Source: Thermodesulfovibrionales bacterium
GTDB taxonomy: Bacteria; Nitrospirota; Thermodesulfovibrionia; Thermodesulfovibrionales; SM23-35
NCBI GenBank assembly: GCA_030019415.1
Contig: JASEEX010000008.1
Span: 1-57,026, forward strand
Length of the DNA: 57,026 bases
Direction: 5' to 3'
The notes beneath the pieces are model-generated. The model had not been told where the DNA came from. It searched no databases and saw only the letters and a list, made by a program, of their open reading frames with translations. A program made the position numbers and the translations under genes. Shown piece after piece: positions 26,529 to 35,762 of the stretch; position 1 is the stretch's first letter, and every line of letters begins with the position of its first letter.

Positions 26529-27413
26529 TTATCCTACCCCGAGAGCCTTCCTCAAAGAACCTCCCATTTTTTCAAGGAGATCTATTGCATCCTCATAGCT
26601 TAGCTTCTTTATATACATCACTATGGCAATCTTTGCATTACCACCTGATTTTTCAAGGAATGCCTTAGCATCTTCATGACCACATCCTGTTGTATCCTGA
26701 ATTATTCTTAAGGCACGACCTTTTAACTTTTTACTTGAAGGAACAACATCTACCATGTAGCCCTTATAAACTCTACCGAGCTTTATCATGGTAGTAGTAG
26801 AGACTATATTTAAGACTATTTTAGTAGCCGTTCCTGCCTTAAGCCTGGTTGAACCTGCAATAATCTCGGGTCCTACAGAGACCCTGATTACTCCATCGGG
26901 AAAATCATATTCCTTATTGCTACATGTCAAAAGCCAGCACTTAGCACCTCTTCGTTTACCCTCTCTTAAAGCAGATATTACAAAAGGAGTACTACCACTG
27001 GCAGTTATGCCTAAGAGCATATCCTTTTCTTTTATATCCGAAACAGCCTTCCTTCCAGCGTCTTCATCATCTTCTGCGCCTTCCACTGCTGTGGTAATAG
27101 CCTTTTCTCCTCCTGCTATGATTGCCCTGATTATATTGGTGGGCAGATTAAAGGTCGGCTGCATCTCTGAGGCATCAAGCATGCCGAGTCTGCCACTTGT
27201 TCCCGCCCCAACATAAACGATGCTCCCCCCGGAGACTATAGTGTTGATTGCATCCTTTGTAGCCATGGATATGGAGTCCTTTGCATCCTTAATAGCCTTT
27301 ACAACATGCAGGTCTTCACCATTCATGATGCCTATAATCTCTTCCACGGAAAAGAGATCGATGTCTGCAAAGCGGGGGTCAATATCCTCAGTAGACATAG
27401 GATATGGTAGCAT
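26529..27413 (-). CDS. murQ: MurNAc-6-phosphate etherase
   Basis: GAGTSGRLG.LDASE..PTF, EGAEDD, GPEIIAGSTRLKAGTA.K, MVDV. Confidence 0.95.
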   Translation of the reverse strand: MLPYPMSTEDIDPRFADIDLFSVEEIIGIMNGEDLHVVKAIKDAKDSISMATKDAINTIVSGGSIVYVGAGTSGRLGMLDASEMQPTFNLPTNIIRAIIAGGEKAITTAVEGAEDDEDAGRKAVSDIKEKDMLLGITASGSTPFVISALREGKRRGAKCWLLTCSNKEYDFPDGVIRVSVGPEIIAGSTRLKAGTATKIVLNIVSTTTMIKLGRVYKGYMVDVVPSSKKLKGRALRIIQDTTGCGHEDAKAFLEKSGGNAKIAIVMYIKKLSYEDAIDLLEKMGGSLRKALGVG

Positions 27414-27530
27414 AAAGTGATTTCATAGCGAATTTTTGCAAAATGTTACAGTTTAAATCATCAAGGGTCTGGTTATTAGTCATTACATGTTTGGTTATTG
27501 GAATTCGGTCATTGGTTATTATAATAGTGT

Positions 27531-28412
27531 ATGAGAGCTCTCGAAAAATTGAGGGAAGCAACAGAATTTCTTAAAAAGTGTGATATCGAGGATGCCAGCA
27601 GAGAGGCGGAGATTATTATAACTCATTGCCTCGGAACAGATAGAGCGGCCTTTTTCAGAGATAATCCTGGAATTCGAGAAAACGAACTTGGAAAGATTGA
27701 TGAATTCCTGAATAGAAGGTCAAAAAGAGAACCTCTTCAGTATATCCTCGGATATGTAGATTTTTATGGATTGAAGATAAAGGTGGGCAAAGGAGTCCTT
27801 ATTCCGAGACCCGAGACAGAGCTGTTGGTTGAAGAAGCCATAAATATAATTTCGAATTTCGCCCTGAACTTGATTCAGGGTCGAATTTCGAATTTAAAGC
27901 TCCTTGATCTCTGCACTGGTAGTGGTTGTTTAGCCCTTGCTCTTGCCAAAGAGTTTCCCGATGCACAGGTCTATGGCACTGATACATCAGAGATTGCGAT
28001 TGGATATGCAAAGGAAAACGCAGAGTTAAACGGAATCAAGAATGTGAAATTTCTCAAAGGCTCATTATTTGAACCAGTCGAAGGGCTACTCGGCACCTTT
28101 GACCTGATAGTCTCAAACCCGCCTTATATTAAAAGGAATGATATAAAAAGTTTACAGCCAGAGGTTAAAGACTGGGAGCCTATAGAGGCGCTGGATGGAG
28201 GGGAAGACGGCCTCGATTATTGTAGGGCCATAATCCCCGAGGCAAAGAGTTATCTGAAAGAAGGAGGGTGCCTCATACTCGAACTCGGGTTCGACCAAGC
28301 AGATGCAGTAAGAAAAAATGCTCAGGATGCAAGCTTTATAAATATATCTTTAATAAAGGATTATGCAGGGATTGAGAGAATATTTGTGGCCGAATTACTA
28401 AGGAGGTCATAA
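27531..28412 (+). CDS. prmC: Release factor glutamine methyltransferase
   Basis: REPLQYI, VLIPRPETE, DLCTGSG, NPPY, ALDGG.DGL. Confidence 0.96.
   Translation: MRALEKLREATEFLKKCDIEDASREAEIIITHCLGTDRAAFFRDNPGIRENELGKIDEFLNRRSKREPLQYILGYVDFYGLKIKVGKGVLIPRPETELLVEEAINIISNFALNLIQGRISNLKLLDLCTGSGCLALALAKEFPDAQVYGTDTSEIAIGYAKENAELNGIKNVKFLKGSLFEPVEGLLGTFDLIVSNPPYIKRNDIKSLQPEVKDWEPIEALDGGEDGLDYCRAIIPEAKSYLKEGGCLILELGFDQADAVRKNAQDASFINISLIKDYAGIERIFVAELLRRS
27848..27895. repeat. AATTTCG heptamers with nested 19-bp palindrome CCCTGAACTTGATTCAGGG in prmC
   Basis: Palindrome 27862-27880 flanked by TCG; encodes ISNFALNLIQGRISNL; sibling at 9835-9853. Confidence 0.8.
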
Positions 28413-28439
28413 GTAACAACACATAACGTTGTAATTCCT

Positions 28440-28533
28440 GTCATTCCCGCTTGCCCCGTTAGAAAGCTTATTTCTAACGGGGCTTGTCGGGAATCTTTCT
28501 TTTCAGAATGATTGCGGACAAGCCGCAATGACA
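28440..28533. repeat. REP-like doublet interrupted by a 29-bp micro-element
   Basis: GTCATTCCCGCTTG[insert]TCGGGAATC..GATTGCGGACAAGCCGCAATGACA. Confidence 0.75.
28454..28482. mobile_element. 29-bp micro-element CCCCGTTAGAAA-N5-TTTCTAACGGGG
   Basis: 4-bp TSD CTTG (28450-28453, 28483-28486). Confidence 0.88.
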
Positions 28534-28587
28534 AACAAACTGTCTTACTTAGTAACTAATGTTATAGTTTATCAAGGAGAATTACTG

Positions 28588-30000
28588 ATGGGTATTTTTG
28601 AAGAAAACAGACGACTTGAAGAGCTTGACAAAAAGTGCATCTGGCATCCCTTTACCCAGATGAAGGAATGGCTTGAGGAAAAGCCAATGATCATCTCTGA
28701 GGGTAGAGATTGTTTTATAAAGGACATTTATGGCAGATGGTATCTTGATGGTGTCTCATCTCTCTGGGTAAATATCTATGGGCATAGAAAGAAGGAGATA
28801 GATGATGCAATAAAGGAACAGATTGATAGCATCGCCCATAGCACATTACTCGGACTGAGCAACGCCCCTGCAATCAAGTTAGCAGAAAAACTCGTACAGA
28901 TAGTTCAGAGGTCATTTTCACTGAAATCTGAGATCCGATCCGCCTCAGGCGGACCGAAATCCGAATTATGCAAGGTTTTCTACTCTGATGATGGCTCAAC
29001 TTCTGTAGAGGTTGCCCTCAAGATAGCATTTCAGTACTGGAAGAATAAGGGAATTGATGGAAGGAACATATTTGCCTCCCTTAACAATGCCTATCATGGC
29101 GATACAATAGGTGCTGTAAGCGTTGGCGGTATCGATATATTCCATAAGACCTTTGAGCCGCTTCTCTTTAAGACCTATAAGGCACCTTCTCCCTATTGCT
29201 ATAGATGTGAACTCGGGATGGATTATCCAGGATGTAATCTCGCATGCCTTGATAAGATGGAAGAGATATTCAAGGCCAATCCAGGCGAGATAGCTGCAAT
29301 GATTATCGAGCCTATGATACAGGCAGCAGGTGGGATGATAACCTCTCCGCCGGGATATCTTAAAGGTGTTAGGGAATTGTGTACTAAATACGGTATCCTG
29401 ATGATTGCCGATGAGGTAGCAACAGGTTTTGGACGCACGGGAAAGATGTTTGCCTGTGAACACGAGAATATTGTGCCTGACATTATGTGTTTGTCAAAGG
29501 GAATTACAGGTGGATATATGCCACTCGCTGTAACTCTTACTACAGATGAAATATTTAATGCATTTCTTGGAGAGTTTAAAGACTTAAAGACATTCTTTCA
29601 CGGTCATTCGTATACAGGGAATCCGCTCGCATGTGCTGCAGCCCTCACATGCCTCGATCTATTCGAGAAAGAGGAGGTATTGAAAAATCTTAATGGAAAG
29701 AGCAAGATCCTTGAGGCATGGCTCAAGGAGGTTTTGAATCTCAGACACGTAGGAGATGTCAGGAATATAGGACTGATGGCAGGTGTAGAATTAGTGAGAG
29801 ACAAAGAAACAAAGGAACCCTACGACTGGGCAGAGAAGATGGGATGGCGCGTTGCATATCATGCGAGAGAGAATGGAGTCTTCATCAGACCTCTCGGAAA
29901 CATCATGGTCATCATGCCGCCGTTGAGTATAAGTCCTGAAAACCTCAATCAGTTACTCAAGGTAATTAAAGACTCTATAACTGCAGTAACAGAGAGTTAG
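28588..30000 (+). CDS. bioA: DAPA aminotransferase
   Basis: WHPFTQM, SSLW, GSTSVEVALK, YHGDT, DEVATGFGRTG, SKGITGG, HGHSY; AAGGAG RBS before ATG at 28588. Confidence 0.95.
   Translation: MGIFEENRRLEELDKKCIWHPFTQMKEWLEEKPMIISEGRDCFIKDIYGRWYLDGVSSLWVNIYGHRKKEIDDAIKEQIDSIAHSTLLGLSNAPAIKLAEKLVQIVQRSFSLKSEIRSASGGPKSELCKVFYSDDGSTSVEVALKIAFQYWKNKGIDGRNIFASLNNAYHGDTIGAVSVGGIDIFHKTFEPLLFKTYKAPSPYCYRCELGMDYPGCNLACLDKMEEIFKANPGEIAAMIIEPMIQAAGGMITSPPGYLKGVRELCTKYGILMIADEVATGFGRTGKMFACEHENIVPDIMCLSKGITGGYMPLAVTLTTDEIFNAFLGEFKDLKTFFHGHSYTGNPLACAAALTCLDLFEKEEVLKNLNGKSKILEAWLKEVLNLRHVGDVRNIGLMAGVELVRDKETKEPYDWAEKMGWRVAYHARENGVFIRPLGNIMVIMPPLSISPENLNQLLKVIKDSITAVTES
28939..28953. repeat. 15-bp palindrome TCCGCCTCAGGCGGA inside AAATCCG-type heptamers in bioA
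   Basis: Flanked by CCGA direct repeat; encodes RSASGGP. Confidence 0.85.
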
Positions 30001-30057
30001 GGAACTGCAAAAGGCGCCGCCTTACTGAAAATACTGTTGTGCTATAATATTTTTGGA

Positions 30058-30144
30058 GCCGAAGTGGCGGAACTGGCAGACGCGCTAGGTTCAGGGTCTA
30101 GTGGTTGAAAGGCCGTGCGGGTTCAAATCCCGCCTTCGGCACCA
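30058..30144 (+). tRNA. tRNA-Leu (CAG)
   Basis: GCCGAAG/CTTCGGC acceptor stem, anticodon loop TT-CAG-GG, long variable arm, GGTTCAAATCC T-arm, 3' ACCA. Confidence 0.95.
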
Positions 30145-30168
30145 TCAAAATTTTCATGTGGAGGATTA

Positions 30169-30678
30169 GTGAAAAAACTCACCCATATTGATCAAAAAGG
30201 CAGGGCAAAGATGGTTGATATTAGTAAAAAGCAGTTAACCCAGAGAGAGGCTGTCGCAAGAGGGTCTGTATATATGGAACCCGAGACCCTTATACTTATA
30301 AAAGACAGAAAGGTTCCAAAAGGCGATGTATTTTCCGTTGCAAGGGTCGCTGGTGTAATGGCAGCAAAGAAGACGAGCGAGCTTATCCCCCTCTGCCACC
30401 CGTTGAATATTACCTCTGTAGATATAGACTTCAACCTCAATAGCAGAAAGAATAAGTTAGAAATAGAGGCACGTGTGAAGGTTGTTGGACAGACAGGGGT
30501 GGAGATGGAGGCACTGGCAGCAGTCTCTGCGGCTGCTTTAACTATTTATGACATGTGTAAGGCAGTGGATAAGGAGATGGTTATATCTGATATTATGCTC
30601 ATGGAGAAAAGAGGTGGCAGAAGCGGGGATTTCAAACGAAAAATTTCAAATTACAAAGTCCAAAATCCAAAATCTTAA
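30169..30678 (+). CDS. moaC: Cyclic pyranopterin monophosphate synthase
   Basis: [38 protein letters not shown]; tail [11 protein letters not shown] is heptamer-derived. Confidence 0.96.
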   Translation: MKKLTHIDQKGRAKMVDISKKQLTQREAVARGSVYMEPETLILIKDRKVPKGDVFSVARVAGVMAAKKTSELIPLCHPLNITSVDIDFNLNSRKNKLEIEARVKVVGQTGVEMEALAAVSAAALTIYDMCKAVDKEMVISDIMLMEKRGGRSGDFKRKISNYKVQNPKS

Positions 30679-30779
30679 AGTTAAAGTCTTTTTCTCGTTT
30701 TACCAAATAATCCTATTAACACAGAGAAATTGAAATTTAAATGCCGGAACATTTGAACTTTGAGCTTTGAGCTTTGACA
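30641..30779. repeat. Heptamer arrays in inverted arrangement between convergent genes
   Basis: AAATTTC AAATTAC AAAGTCC AAAATCC... and ...TTTGAAC TTTGAGC TTTGAGC TTTGAC. Confidence 0.6.
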
Positions 30780-30798
30780 TTTATGTATTCCTGGAGGG

Positions 30799-31305
30799 TT
30801 ATTTATATCTTTTAACCTCAAATCTGTAAATCTCTACCTCTTCTTGAGGTAGTATACCCGCCTTCATCCTCGCTATCCTTAACTGCTCTTCGACAGTATC
30901 AACTCCCTCAAGGTCAGGCAGGAGGAGCCCTTTCCTGCTTCCACTAACAAGGATTACCCCATATTTTTTGGGGTCGAGTTCTCTGAGGTCTTTTACCTTC
31001 TGGGGAGGTGAAAGGATATCAACGGAATATTCGAGCCCTTCGAGTTCATCTTCATGGACTGGATGAAACCTGGGGTCATGCATTGCCGTGGATATAGCAT
31101 TCCTTATGGTCTCAATCGCCACACACCCATGGCAGGGCGTAAAGGTTCCTATACATCCCCTGAGTTGCCCATGTTTTTTAATACAGACAAAAACCCCTGC
31201 CCTTTCACCCATTTCAGGCGAAAGGGGTTCAGGCGGTTCAATAATTCTGCCTTCCCTGACATATACTTCTATAGCCTTCTTTGCAAGCTCAACAATGGGA
31301 TGCAC
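30799..31305 (-). CDS. AMMECR1-domain (AmmeMemoRadiSam protein A)
   Basis: GVFV, LRGCIGT, DPRF, GLLLP. Confidence 0.9.
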   Translation of the reverse strand: MHPIVELAKKAIEVYVREGRIIEPPEPLSPEMGERAGVFVCIKKHGQLRGCIGTFTPCHGCVAIETIRNAISTAMHDPRFHPVHEDELEGLEYSVDILSPPQKVKDLRELDPKKYGVILVSGSRKGLLLPDLEGVDTVEEQLRIARMKAGILPQEEVEIYRFEVKRYK

Positions 31306-32277
31306 CTATTTCCCTCTAAAGAGCATATGGTCAGCCACTGCAAAAAGCGCCTCTTTTGCAGGTGAATCAGAAAAGATTGCGAGCTCTGCCTTTGCATCAG
31401 AGATGAGATGGTGCGCCTTCTTAAAAGAGAGTTCGATTACATTGTGTTTTCTGAAAAACTCCAGTATCCTCTTGAGGTCATCCTTTTTGAAACCATCTTT
31501 AATTATGCCCTTGACCTCCCCTACCTCAGTATCTGCTGCGGTCTTCAAAAGATATATGATCGGGAGTGTTATCTTACCTTCTCTCAGGTCCTTGCCGAGG
31601 CGCTTGCCGAGTTTTCCCTCATCTGCCATATAATCAAGTATATCATCTGCTATCTGAAATGCAATCCCTGTCTTCATCCCGAAACGCGAGAGGGCATTCT
31701 CCTTATCTTCAGGCAGAGAACCGAGGATTGCACCTATTCTGCAGGCAGCAGAGATTAAGGCTCCGGTCTTTGCAGAGATAATATTAAGATATTCCTCTTC
31801 TGTTATATCAGGGTCTCCTATCTTTGTAAGCTGCAGGATTTCGCCTTCCGTCATCCTTGTTGTTGCCTCAGAAAGGGCCTCCATGATCTTCTGGTTTTTC
31901 TGCATGACAGCAAACCTTAAGGCATTGGAGTAAAGAAAATCACCAACAAGTATTACAACCTGATTACCCCATATAGAATGTGCTGGTAATTTGCCCCTTC
32001 TTACCTCTGCACCATCAATAACATCGTCATGAAGCAGGGATGCATTATGTATCGATTCAATAATCCCTGCAAGGGTTAAACGTACATCTCCTTTATAACC
32101 TGCTATCTCTGCGCTCAGGATGAGTAACAGCGGTCTAAGTCTCTTACCACCACTCTCTATAAGGTGCTCCCCAACAAGAGGGATTGGAGAGACGTTACTT
32201 TTGAAAAGTTCTTTAATCCTGTCTTCTATAATCCTCAGTTCCGGCTCGTATAATCCAAGGACCTCTTGTAAATCCAT
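31306..32277 (-). CDS. Long-chain polyprenyl diphosphate synthase (IspB-like)
   Basis: GGKRLRP, LHDDVID..RRG, KT, FQIADDILD, DLREGKITLP; start reset to MDLQEV. Confidence 0.93.
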   Translation of the reverse strand: MDLQEVLGLYEPELRIIEDRIKELFKSNVSPIPLVGEHLIESGGKRLRPLLLILSAEIAGYKGDVRLTLAGIIESIHNASLLHDDVIDGAEVRRGKLPAHSIWGNQVVILVGDFLYSNALRFAVMQKNQKIMEALSEATTRMTEGEILQLTKIGDPDITEEEYLNIISAKTGALISAACRIGAILGSLPEDKENALSRFGMKTGIAFQIADDILDYMADEGKLGKRLGKDLREGKITLPIIYLLKTAADTEVGEVKGIIKDGFKKDDLKRILEFFRKHNVIELSFKKAHHLISDAKAELAIFSDSPAKEALFAVADHMLFRGK

Positions 32278-32457
32278 TTTTTGATGATAGGATAGCTCCT
32301 GTTTTAAAGTCAAGGTCATAAAGTCTTCCATTGGGGCTGAGGGACTGCGCCGAGATCGGCTATGGGAAGATTGATGCAGCGGTTGAAGAAACCTTATTTT
32401 TTGGTATATTTTATAAGAAAGACATATCTGAAATTTTAAAAATAATACGGAAATGCC

Positions 32458-33507
32458 ATGCATGAAACATTAGTAAAATACCCGGAGTCTAATCCAACCC
32501 TTGCAAAATATAATCTGTCCGAAGAAGAGATCAATGAACTCGCAGGATACCTTAGAAAATTTTTCCTTCCAGCACAAGTAGAGGAGATAGTCAGGATAGT
32601 AGAAGAGGTAATAGGGATCAGTCCAACTCTGGACTGGAAAGAGATACTTGAGACCGTGGCAAAGAAGGTTGTTGAGTTTTTACATGCAGAGGCAGCTACA
32701 ATCCGCATTTTCGATCCTGAGACAGACAGACTCGTTGCTTTCGGTTCCTACCAATATTCAGAGACTGCCAGATTGAAAGATATTCCTGTTGAGAAGTCAG
32801 CAGCAGGGAAGGTCATAAGGAGTGGTAAAAGTTACCTTGTACCAAATATCCTGTTAGAACCAGACTACCTTAATAAGGATATAGTCAAAAAGCATGGGTT
32901 TAATTCTCTTATGGCTGTGCCGATAAATATCCCGAGATTTCTTGAAAATAAACCGGATATTCAGGGCACCATTCAGATCTATTACAAAGAAATAGACAGG
33001 GAGTTTGACCCCCTCGAGGTAACAAGCGCTGAATTGATGGCCAGAAGGGTCAGTTATGTGCTAGCCAAAAAACGTATTCTGGAACTTCAAAGACTTAATC
33101 TCCAGAAAGAGAAAATTGTCGAGAAGATCTTTGTAAAACTCAGCCATCGGGAAGGAATCAAGATAAAGGATGTATTCAGGCTGATGATTCCGGAACTGGC
33201 GGATATCATACAGGTACAGAGCTGCTCGCTATTTTCTGTCTCACCAGACAGGCAGCATGTCCAGCTTGAGATGGAGTATCCTGTGGTACAGGAAAGACAT
33301 AAGATACCGCATACCTTTGCAATAAAGGATCACCCTTATTTTGATGCCTTAATCAATGGTACAGAAAAACGTGGTGATTATGAATATGAGAGAATTAATT
33401 TGTCCTATATCCTGATCAAGGACCCTTCGAACAGCCGACTATCCAGCAAAGAATTGAAAAGATTTGCATCTGAGCATAATGTTAATTCTACCCAAATCCA
33501 GCGATAA
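32458..33507 (+). CDS. Tandem-GAF signalling protein, apparently 3'-truncated by a MITE
   Basis: GAF motifs (SAAGKVIRSG, SLMAVP); second GAF ends inside the element TIR (TQIQR*). Confidence 0.65.
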   Translation: MHETLVKYPESNPTLAKYNLSEEEINELAGYLRKFFLPAQVEEIVRIVEEVIGISPTLDWKEILETVAKKVVEFLHAEAATIRIFDPETDRLVAFGSYQYSETARLKDIPVEKSAAGKVIRSGKSYLVPNILLEPDYLNKDIVKKHGFNSLMAVPINIPRFLENKPDIQGTIQIYYKEIDREFDPLEVTSAELMARRVSYVLAKKRILELQRLNLQKEKIVEKIFVKLSHREGIKIKDVFRLMIPELADIIQVQSCSLFSVSPDRQHVQLEMEYPVVQERHKIPHTFAIKDHPYFDALINGTEKRGDYEYERINLSYILIKDPSNSRLSSKELKRFASEHNVNSTQIQR

Positions 33508-33630
33508 ACGTGCAAACCATTGCTATTGTGTCACCCTGAGCGTGTCGAAGGGTGACACTGATGTCATGGTTCGACTGGCTCACCATGACATTATCGCTTC
33601 ATTACGACAAATTTATCGCTGGATTTGGGT
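33490..33630. mobile_element. 141-bp MITE with 19-bp perfect TIRs and internal REP doublet
   Basis: ACCCAAATCCAGCGATAAA / TTTATCGCTGGATTTGGGT; internal TGTCACCCTGAGCGTGTCGAAGGGTGACA and TGTCATGGTTCGACTGGCTCACCATGACA. Confidence 0.8.
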
Positions 33631-33639
33631 TTTATTTTA

Positions 33640-33900
33640 TCTCTTCACCCTCAGCAGATTCTTCTGCCCCATCTCCTGTCCCGATTTCAAGCATCTTGAT
33701 TTGAGGCAGTGATGCTCCGATAATACCCTGCATATCGCCATACCAGCCTGTTTCTTTTCTTTCCACCTTGCGGGCAAAAATAAATTGAAGATGCTAAAGT
33801 TGCTGACTCCTTTGCTCTTGATCTTGCTCCCATTTTAGTATAGATAGGCCAGGATGCAGTAATAACCAAACCAGAATTCAGTAGCGAGTTTATCAATGTC
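33640..33900 (-). pseudogene. Fragment of DUF1156-type adenine DNA methylase
   Basis: LLNSGLVITASWPI.T.M..R..A..SA.LASSI, then a frameshift. Confidence 0.55.
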
Positions 33901-33923
33901 TCGCAGCCAGAAGTTGGAAGTTT

Positions 33924-34274
33924 TCATTTTTGCATTCCCTTTAACTTTTCCAGCATTTTATTAATCAATGGCTTAATTCGAGGAATGTCTGTTTTAATGG
34001 TATTCCACACAAGGTCATACTTTACACCAAAATAAAAATGGATAAGCCTATCTCTCATCCCTGCCATATCTTTCCATGGAATCTGAGGATACATCTGTTT
34101 AATGTCTTCTGGAATATTTTTGGTTGCTTCTCCAATAATTTCAAACTTCCTTATAACCGCACTTGACCTCATATCCTCATTTTTAAAAGTTTCAAAATCC
34201 ACTCCTGTCACAAATTTTTCGATTGCTTCCATAGCCCCTAATATGTCTTTCAGGTATAGTGTGGGATTTCTCAC
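33924..34274 (-). CDS. HepT/DUF86 HEPN RNase toxin
   Basis: EIIGEA, IPW..MAGMRDRLIHFY (RX4HXY). Confidence 0.92.
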   Translation of the reverse strand: MRNPTLYLKDILGAMEAIEKFVTGVDFETFKNEDMRSSAVIRKFEIIGEATKNIPEDIKQMYPQIPWKDMAGMRDRLIHFYFGVKYDLVWNTIKTDIPRIKPLINKMLEKLKGMQK

Positions 34275-34576
34275 AGGTAGATCGCCTCTTTCAGGACATT
34301 TTCCCTGATCTCTTCCCTGATAGTATCAGCAGGAACTATATCTACTTTCAAATTGAGTTTCTCTTCAAGGAAGTTTGCAAGACCAACAAGGTCAAGAAGT
34401 GATGCACCTTCAAGGAATCTCGCAAGGATATCCACATCGCTACTTTCTTTTTGCTCTCCACGTGTATAAGAGCCGAATATTCCGATAATCTCTGCCTTAT
34501 ACTCTTTTCTTATCTGTTCTTCCAGACTTTTTAGAGTTGTTATGATCCGCTCAAGTTCCTTATTCATGCCTATCAT
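34271..34576 (-). CDS. MntA-type minimal nucleotidyltransferase antitoxin
   Basis: GIFGSYTRGEQKESSDVD (GSX10DXD); overlaps the HEPN gene by 4 nt. Confidence 0.92.
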   Translation of the reverse strand: MIGMNKELERIITTLKSLEEQIRKEYKAEIIGIFGSYTRGEQKESSDVDILARFLEGASLLDLVGLANFLEEKLNLKVDIVPADTIREEIRENVLKEAIYL

Positions 34577-34663
34577 CTCTCCTTATATTTATCTTTCAGG
34601 CATGGAAGTTCCTTTCTTAAAATCTCTATAATTCTTTCTTTCGTAATTGCTTGTTTCATGTTT

Positions 34664-35746
34664 TTAATACACTTCCCTTGCCCTTGAGCCAAATACAATA
34701 ACCTCATAAACGTTTACCCTCTGCGATACAAGGCAACTAAAAGAGGGACAAGCTCCAGATTTTTCAGCCAGGCCTCCTTTTTCCACTGCCTCAATAACGA
34801 GACCAGGCCTGGACTCCATTTTTCTCAATTTCAGGCCAATCTTTTGCCTTTCTTCCCTCTTTACTCGCTCTGTGATCCAGACAAAGTCGGCAATTTCCTT
34901 TTTCTCTATCTCGCTTCCCTTTTCCACGAGCAAAAGGGTCTTGTAAGGAAGCTTATTTCTTATATATGCCCTTTCAGGAACACCAAAGTGATAGGCAATG
35001 TGAGCATTCCCGATAAGGACAACCATCTTTTTGCTTGCCCCAGGTGAAGAAAGGTAGCGGGCAATAGTATCAGCCATCGTATCTTCCCAGGCGCATTGAG
35101 CATGGTAAAAAGAGTCGAAATCCCTGACCCAGTCCTTATGCTCATCAAAATATTTTCCAACATATCGCCTGTGTGCCTCATTAGATGTGTCCAAAAGAGG
35201 GATTAACCTTAGCTCTTCTTCGGTTAGACTTTCAATGCCCCTCTTTCCAATTTTTTGTACGATCTCTGACGGTGCATTTAAGGCGATAAGCTTTAAACTG
35301 TATCCCCTGGCAAAGTTGAATATGGGTTTATATAGATGATAGTCATATCCCCAGCACTTAGCCCATTGACTCTCCTTGAAGAAATCTTCTTCCTTTAACT
35401 GGCCTTTTGTCCAGCGGTCTAAAACCTCTTGATTCGTTCGCTCTAACATTTCAAGTCCAATGGAAATATTACTCTCTTTCTCATAAAGAGCTTTGATTAC
35501 CCTTAATTGAATTGCGTGGTGATCGGGGTTGTCATGGGTCTCTCCAACATAGATTACCCTGGCTGAATTTAAATGCTGAACTAATTCCGGGAAGGAAAGG
35601 CGTTTTCCGGTCTTTGTCTCAATGATCTGGCCTGGTTCAATTTTATAGGGAATGTCCGGGACCTTCATTCCACAACTATAACCAAAAATTACAGAGACCA
35701 TGAACACAGAAAATAAAGGTATGTGTTTTACTTTTCGCCACTTCAT
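34664..35746 (-). CDS. ChaN-family lipoprotein; C-terminal PDZ cut short and joined to a nucleotidyltransferase fragment
   Basis: Lipobox GYSC; YVGETHD..HH..Q, GLEM, ALN, WEDTMA, GNAH; PDZ start IGL..V..V..GGLAEKSG, then VIVFGSRAR. Confidence 0.7.
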   Translation of the reverse strand: MKWRKVKHIPLFSVFMVSVIFGYSCGMKVPDIPYKIEPGQIIETKTGKRLSFPELVQHLNSARVIYVGETHDNPDHHAIQLRVIKALYEKESNISIGLEMLERTNQEVLDRWTKGQLKEEDFFKESQWAKCWGYDYHLYKPIFNFARGYSLKLIALNAPSEIVQKIGKRGIESLTEEELRLIPLLDTSNEAHRRYVGKYFDEHKDWVRDFDSFYHAQCAWEDTMADTIARYLSSPGASKKMVVLIGNAHIAYHFGVPERAYIRNKLPYKTLLLVEKGSEIEKKEIADFVWITERVKREERQKIGLKLRKMESRPGLVIEAVEKGGLAEKSGACPSFSCLVSQRVNVYEVIVFGSRAREVY

Positions 35747-35762
35747 GCTAAAGAAGCTTAAT

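Noticed and set aside
30058-30170. Integrative element at tRNA-Leu
   Set aside because: moaC follows directly; no integrase or duplicated tRNA 3' end was seen.
32313-32370. GC-rich stem (TCTTCCA..TGGGAAGA) between divergent genes as ncRNA or riboswitch
   Set aside because: Pairing is limited and no known family motif was recognised; would need an Rfam search.
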